Positions 59,503 through 64,000 of a DNA stretch of 64,000 bases are shown here, piece by piece. Position numbers and translations under genes: made by a program. Position 1 is the first letter of the stretch. Every line of letters starts with the position of its first letter. The DNA lies in NCBI GenBank assembly GCA_965224245.1, contig OZ245046.1, forward strand, positions 2,368,001 to 2,432,000. Reading direction: 5' to 3'. The DNA comes from Candidatus Eiseniibacteriota bacterium (GTDB taxonomy: Bacteria; Eisenbacteria; RBG-16-71-46; CAZAMP01). A model generated the notes under the pieces. It searched no databases, was not told where the DNA came from, and saw only the letters and a program-made list of their open reading frames with translations.

Positions 59503-59531
59503 AGCGCGCCCGGAGCCCGGGCGCGCTTTTT
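59503..59531 (+). terminator. Intrinsic terminator after tRNA-fMet
   Basis: AGCGCGCCCGG-AGC-CCGGGCGCGCT-TTTT. Confidence 0.88.
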
Positions 59532-59703
59532 CGTACCCCCGAGTTTTTCTGGGTCCGTGGCGCCGCTAGCCCTTCCCTCGTCTCGAGACACCCGGTACCA
59601 TCGTCCGTCGATCGAACGACGGCCGTGTCCCCACGAGGTGGCGGTGGTGCTTCCGGCGACCCGACCGAGGTCGCATCCGGGGCCGCCGAACGAGGAGAGC
59701 GCG

Positions 59704-61518
59704 ATGGAGGAAGTCGTCATCCGGTTCGCCGGAGATTCCGGCGATGGCATCCAGCTAACCGGAGACCAGTTCACGAGTTCGACGGCGCTCTTCGGGAATG
59801 ACCTGAGCACGCTGCCGGACTTCCCGGCCGAGATCCGGGCCCCGGCGGGCACGCTGCCGGGCGTCAGCGGCTTCCAGATCAAGCTGGCCAGTCACGACAT
59901 CCACACGCCCGGCGACGAATCGGACGTCCTGGTGGCCATGAACCCGGCCGCGCTGAAGGTGAGCCTGGAGGAGGTCGTGGACGGCGGGCTCATCATCGTG
60001 AACGCCGACGCCTTCACCGAGCGCGAGCTCCAGAAGGCCGGCTACGAGTCCGATCCGCTCAGCGACGACTCCCTCGCGGGATACCGCGTCATCCGGGTCG
60101 AGCTGACCCGGCTGACCCGCAAGGCCCTCGAGTCCACGGGACTCAACACGCGCACGGTCGACCGGTGCCGGAACTTCTTCGCGCTCGGGATGATGCTGCA
60201 CCTGTTCGAGCGCCCCGTCGAGCCCGTCATCTCGTTCATCGAGTCGAAGTTCAAGTCGAAGCCCGAGATCGTCGAGGCCAACAAACTGGCGCTCAAGGGC
60301 GGGCTGGCCTACTGCGACGCCACCGAGGCGTTCCAGGGCGACCACACACGCTTTCGCGTGTCGCCGGCCAGGCTGCCCGCCGGCACGTATCGCAACATCA
60401 ACGGCAACCGCGCGATCGCGATCGGTCTCCTGGCCGGCGCCCGGCAGGCCCAGCTTCCGCTCTACCTGGCCGGCTATCCGATCACGCCGGCCAGCGACGT
60501 GCTGCACGACGTCAGCGCGTACAAGAACTTCGGCGTCATCTCGTTCCAGGCCGAGGACGAGATCGCCGCGATCTGCGCCGCCATCGGCGCGTCGTACGCC
60601 GGCCATCTCGGCGCGACCGTCACCAGCGGCCCCGGGCTCGACCTGAAGGCCGAGGCGATCGGCCTGGCGGCCACCGCCGAGCTGCCGCTGATCATCCTCG
60701 ACATCCAGCGCGCGGGACCGTCGACCGGTCTGCCCACCAAGACCGAGCAATCCGACCTGATGCTCGCCCTGTACGGCCGGCACGGCGAGGGCCCGCTGCC
60801 GATCCTCGCGCCGTCGACGCCCGGGGATTGCTTCTGGACCGTCGTCGAGGCGGCCCGTATCGCAACGACGTACGTGACGCCGGTGATCGTCCTCTCCGAC
60901 TCGTTTCTCGCGAACGGCTCGGAGCCCTGGCGCATCCCGACGATCGAGGATCTGCCGAGCTTCCCGGTCACCCACGCCAGCGACCCCGCCTCGTTCGTCC
61001 CGTACGAGCGCGACGCGAGGACCCTGGCTCGTCCCTGGGCGCGCCCCGGCACCCCGGGGCTCGAGCACCGCATCGGCGGGCTCGAGAAGGCCGCCGTCAC
61101 CGGACACGTGTCGTACGATCCGACCAACCACGAGGCGATGACGCATCTGCGCTACGAGCGCATCCAGCGAATCGCGGCCGACATCCCGAAGACCCGGATC
61201 CACGGAGACGCCGACGGCGACATGCTCATCGTGGGCTGGGGCTCGACCGAGGGCGCCATCACCGACGCGGTCAACCGGCTCCGTCGCGACGGACATCGCG
61301 TGGGCTCGGTCCATCTCAGATACCTCAACCCGCTCCCCTCCGATCTCGGTGACATCCTGCGCGCGGCAAAGCGCGTCGTGGTGCCGGAGATCAACATGGG
61401 GCAGCTCGTGAAGGTGCTGCGCGACAAGTACCTGGTCGACGCCGAATCGCTCTCGCGCGTGCGCGGAAAGCCGCTGCGCGTGTCGTACCTGGTCGACGAA
61501 GTCAAGCGACGCATCTGA
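59704..61518 (+). CDS. korA: 2-oxoacid:ferredoxin oxidoreductase, alpha subunit
   Basis: Motifs RFAGDSGDG, FPAEIRAPAGT, YPITPAS, QAEDEIAA and QRAGPSTGLPTKTEQ; GAGGAG RBS. Substrate inferred. Confidence 0.92.
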   Translation: MEEVVIRFAGDSGDGIQLTGDQFTSSTALFGNDLSTLPDFPAEIRAPAGTLPGVSGFQIKLASHDIHTPGDESDVLVAMNPAALKVSLEEVVDGGLIIVNADAFTERELQKAGYESDPLSDDSLAGYRVIRVELTRLTRKALESTGLNTRTVDRCRNFFALGMMLHLFERPVEPVISFIESKFKSKPEIVEANKLALKGGLAYCDATEAFQGDHTRFRVSPARLPAGTYRNINGNRAIAIGLLAGARQAQLPLYLAGYPITPASDVLHDVSAYKNFGVISFQAEDEIAAICAAIGASYAGHLGATVTSGPGLDLKAEAIGLAATAELPLIILDIQRAGPSTGLPTKTEQSDLMLALYGRHGEGPLPILAPSTPGDCFWTVVEAARIATTYVTPVIVLSDSFLANGSEPWRIPTIEDLPSFPVTHASDPASFVPYERDARTLARPWARPGTPGLEHRIGGLEKAAVTGHVSYDPTNHEAMTHLRYERIQRIAADIPKTRIHGDADGDMLIVGWGSTEGAITDAVNRLRRDGHRVGSVHLRYLNPLPSDLGDILRAAKRVVVPEINMGQLVKVLRDKYLVDAESLSRVRGKPLRVSYLVDEVKRRI

Positions 61519-61553
61519 GCGCCGACGAACCCCGCACGGAGGAGAACCCCGAC

Positions 61554-62573
61554 ATGTCCACGAACGGCGCCACGACCACGCTGACGAAGAAGGACTTCGA
61601 ATCCGACCAGGAAGTGCGCTGGTGTCCCGGCTGCGGTGACTACGCCATCCTGAAGGCCGTGCAGTCGGTGCTCCCCACGCTCGGCATTCCCAAGGAGAAG
61701 TTCGTCTTCGTGTCCGGGATCGGTTGCTCCAGCCGCTTCCCCTACTACATGGGCACCTACGGCTTCCACACGATCCACGGGCGCGCGATGCCGGTGGCCA
61801 CCGGCATCAAGACCGCCAATCCCGACCTGTCGGTGTGGGTGATCACCGGAGACGGCGACGCGCTCTCGATCGGCGGCAATCACTTCATCCATCTGATGCG
61901 GCGCAACCTGGACGTGAACGTCCTCCTGTTCAACAACCGCATCTACGGCCTCACGAAGGGGCAGGCCTCGCCTACCTCCGAGCTCGGCAAGCGGACGAAG
62001 TCCACGCCGTTCGGCAGCGTGGACGCGCCGTTCAATCCGCTGGCGGTCGCGCTCGGCTCGGGCGCGAGCTTCGTGGCGCGGTCGGTCGACATCTACGGCA
62101 AGCACCTGCAGGAGGTGCTGAGGCGCGCGGCCCTGCACAAGGGCACGTCGTTCGTCGAGATCTACCAGAACTGCAACATCTTCAACGACGGGGCCTTCGA
62201 GTACATGACGGCCAAGACCGTGCGCGGCGACGAGGAGATCGCGCTCGAGCACGGCAAGCCGATCGTGTTCGGCAAGGACCTCGACCGCGGCCTGCGGCTG
62301 TGCGACGCGCTGGGGCTCGAGGTCGTGAACCTCGCCGACGTCGACGAGAGCGAGCTCCTGGTGCACGACGAGCGGGAGCCCTCGTCGACGCTGCCGTATC
62401 TCCTGGCGCAGATGCAGCCGCCGCTCCCGACCCCGATCGGCGTGTACCGGGCGGTCGAGCGAGACACCATCGAGGCCCGCATCCACGCTCAGCTGAGCGA
62501 GATCACGACCACCAAGGGCGCGGGAGACTTCTCGAAGGTGCTTCGGGGGACCGACGTGTGGACGGTGTCCTAG
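61554..62573 (+). CDS. korB: 2-oxoacid:ferredoxin oxidoreductase, beta subunit
   Basis: Motifs WCPGCGD, SGIGCSS, HGRA, GDGD and YGLTKGQ. Confidence 0.93.
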   Translation: MSTNGATTTLTKKDFESDQEVRWCPGCGDYAILKAVQSVLPTLGIPKEKFVFVSGIGCSSRFPYYMGTYGFHTIHGRAMPVATGIKTANPDLSVWVITGDGDALSIGGNHFIHLMRRNLDVNVLLFNNRIYGLTKGQASPTSELGKRTKSTPFGSVDAPFNPLAVALGSGASFVARSVDIYGKHLQEVLRRAALHKGTSFVEIYQNCNIFNDGAFEYMTAKTVRGDEEIALEHGKPIVFGKDLDRGLRLCDALGLEVVNLADVDESELLVHDEREPSSTLPYLLAQMQPPLPTPIGVYRAVERDTIEARIHAQLSEITTTKGAGDFSKVLRGTDVWTVS

Positions 62574-62592
62574 GTCACCGAGACACATCGCC

Positions 62593-63795
62593 GTGACGAT
62601 CGCCGTCAGCCGGATCACGGCGCTGACCTGGGCGATCGCCGGACTGGGCGCCGGTGCGTTCGTGTCGACGGCGGACGCGAGCACGCCGCTCCCCCCCTCC
62701 GAGGTGGACATCGCGCAGCTCGTGCGCGAGCTCCAGTGGACCTCGCCCGACCCCCGGAACCTGTCGATGGTGTGGGTCTTCCCGCGCGAGCTGATGCATG
62801 CCCTGGTCGCCCAGGGCGGCATCGCGGAGCTCGACGAGGAGATGGCCGCGATCGCGGTCTTCGATCCGTATCTCCCCATCGGAATCGTGCGCGGCGGCTT
62901 CGACGCGTCCGGCGCCCCGTTCTTCGAGAACGCGAACGTGATCCGGAGCTCGGTGCGCCTGGAGACCGACCGTGGCCATCGCCTGGGAGCCGTGAGCCGA
63001 CCGGACTCCCTGGCCCAGCTCGCGCTGGCGCAGATGCAGGAGACGCTCTCGGCCGCCCTCGGTGACCTGGGGGCGCACACGACGTTTCTGCTGTTCGACG
63101 CACTGGATCCCGATGGCGACCCGATCTTCCCCCTGAACCGGCGCGCCACGCTGACGGTGGACCTCGCGGCGGTCGGCCCGCTTCCGTCCGAGCGCGTCAC
63201 GTATCACCTGCCGGCGAGCTCGCTCCTTCGCGGACGCCGCTGCCCGGCCTGCGGCTCCACGTTCAACGGCGCGTGGGTGTTCTGCCCGTGGGATGGCCGT
63301 CACCTCGTCGACGAGGACGGGGACCTCGCCGGCACCGACGAGGGAGCCACCGACGAGGGAGCCACCGACGCGGGAGCCGCCGATGCCGGAGCCGCCGATG
63401 CCGGAGCCGCCGATGCCGGAGCCGCCGATGCCGGAGCCGCCGACGTCGCGGCGACCGCGACGCCGGGTACGCCGACACCGGACGTGGCCGCGATCGAGAC
63501 ACCCGCGCCTCCGGCGGCCGCGGCCGACACGACCGGGGTCGCCGAGCGCCGTCCCCGGGATGGCGCCGGCGACCGCGCCACGAGCCCGGACAGCGGATCG
63601 ACGCCGGGAGTGCGACCCGCCGACGCCGCCGTCTCGGACGCGGGGGCCGACTCCACGGCCGGTGCACGCGAGGTTCCCGCCGACCGCGACCGGGCGGAGA
63701 CCGGGGCTCCTCCGGAGTCCGTGCGTCCCGAGCGAACGCCGCCCGAGCGGCACTACCCGCGTCGCCCACCCACCTGGAAGGGACCGCGCCCCTGA
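62593..63795 (+). CDS. Exported hypothetical protein with a zinc-ribbon motif and a repetitive acidic, Ala-rich tail
   Basis: Signal-like N-terminus; CPACG...FCPWDG; (TDEGA/ADAGA)n. Confidence 0.7.
   Translation: MTIAVSRITALTWAIAGLGAGAFVSTADASTPLPPSEVDIAQLVRELQWTSPDPRNLSMVWVFPRELMHALVAQGGIAELDEEMAAIAVFDPYLPIGIVRGGFDASGAPFFENANVIRSSVRLETDRGHRLGAVSRPDSLAQLALAQMQETLSAALGDLGAHTTFLLFDALDPDGDPIFPLNRRATLTVDLAAVGPLPSERVTYHLPASSLLRGRRCPACGSTFNGAWVFCPWDGRHLVDEDGDLAGTDEGATDEGATDAGAADAGAADAGAADAGAADAGAADVAATATPGTPTPDVAAIETPAPPAAAADTTGVAERRPRDGAGDRATSPDSGSTPGVRPADAAVSDAGADSTAGAREVPADRDRAETGAPPESVRPERTPPERHYPRRPPTWKGPRP
63334..63444 (+). repeat. Coding 15-bp tandem repeat (about 7.5 copies)
   Basis: accgacgagggagcc x2, accgacgcgggagcc x1, gccgatgccggagcc x4. 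Confidence 0.9.
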
Positions 63796-63802
63796 CCGCC
63801 GG

Positions 63803-64000
63803 TCAGGTCGTAGCGGCGGCGTCCCGCGCCACGAGCGTGACCGCCCGGCGGAGACGTCCCGCGCGGCTCGACGTCACCATCAGCTCGACCGAGGCGCCCT
63901 CCGGAGCGCGGACGATCCACTCCGCCGACCCCCGGTTGTCGGTGACCGATCGCCCCGAGGAACGATCGGTCTTGTTCGATCGGCCCTCGAGATGTCCCAG
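63803..64000 (-). CDS. 3' end of a gene entering from beyond the window; possibly an M14 carboxypeptidase C-terminus
   Basis: Open frame LGHLEGRSNK...TDNRGSAEWIVRAPEGASVELMVTSSRAGRLRRAVTL ending at TGA. The family assignment is from recollection only. Confidence 0.55.
   Translation of the reverse strand: MGHLEGRSNKTDRSSGRSVTDNRGSAEWIVRAPEGASVELMVTSSRAGRLRRAVTLVARDAAATT

Overview
A roughly 70% GC bacterial chromosomal window with no CRISPR array, integrase, transposase or prophage gene that I could recognise. LpxH, a PorV-family barrel, three secreted proteins with a FlgD-Ig-like C-terminal domain and an 'SWxxIK' C-terminal tail suggest a diderm of the FCB superphylum, such as Ca. Eisenbacteria, Krumholzibacteriota or Latescibacterota (inference only). 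From left to right it holds: a partial isocitrate/isopropylmalate dehydrogenase, a CDGSH Fe-S protein, a secreted EEP nuclease/phosphatase, an old yellow enzyme, tRNA-Asp and a DUF5989-like small protein; the murQ-anmK-spoIID-nagZ peptidoglycan-recycling operon; a degenerate sigma54 activator; a sigma54-promoter operon (hypothetical-dnaK-HPD-less dnaJ-htrA) next to a sensor-less activator; TlpA, a lipoprotein, a secreted Cys-rich protein, a pseudo-Hpt protein, an M23 peptidase and lpxH; a clade II N2O-reduction cluster (rrf2, diheme cytochrome c, nosZBDFYL); PorV with an M6 protease; a lipoprotein with a DUF4384 protein; a fused 2-oxoacid dehydrogenase E1, an ArsR regulator, rlmN, an NtrYX-like pair, an outer-membrane barrel and DUF4390; a secreted metalloprotease, an ECF sigma factor, eno, ftsB, tRNA-fMet and korAB; and a partial gene at the end. 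The best candidate for an undescribed system is at 40.3-44.8 kb on the minus strand. It reads: sigma70 promoter, small secreted acidic 'GDPDD' pre-peptide, pseudoknot-like intergenic RNA, TPR-GAF-AAA+ sigma54 activator, sigma54 promoter, a highly structured RNA of about 250 nt, and a second sigma54 promoter driving envelope genes. This resembles peptide (RRNPP-like) signalling wired to sigma54 and an sRNA. All calls were made by eye from motifs; no database searches were run.
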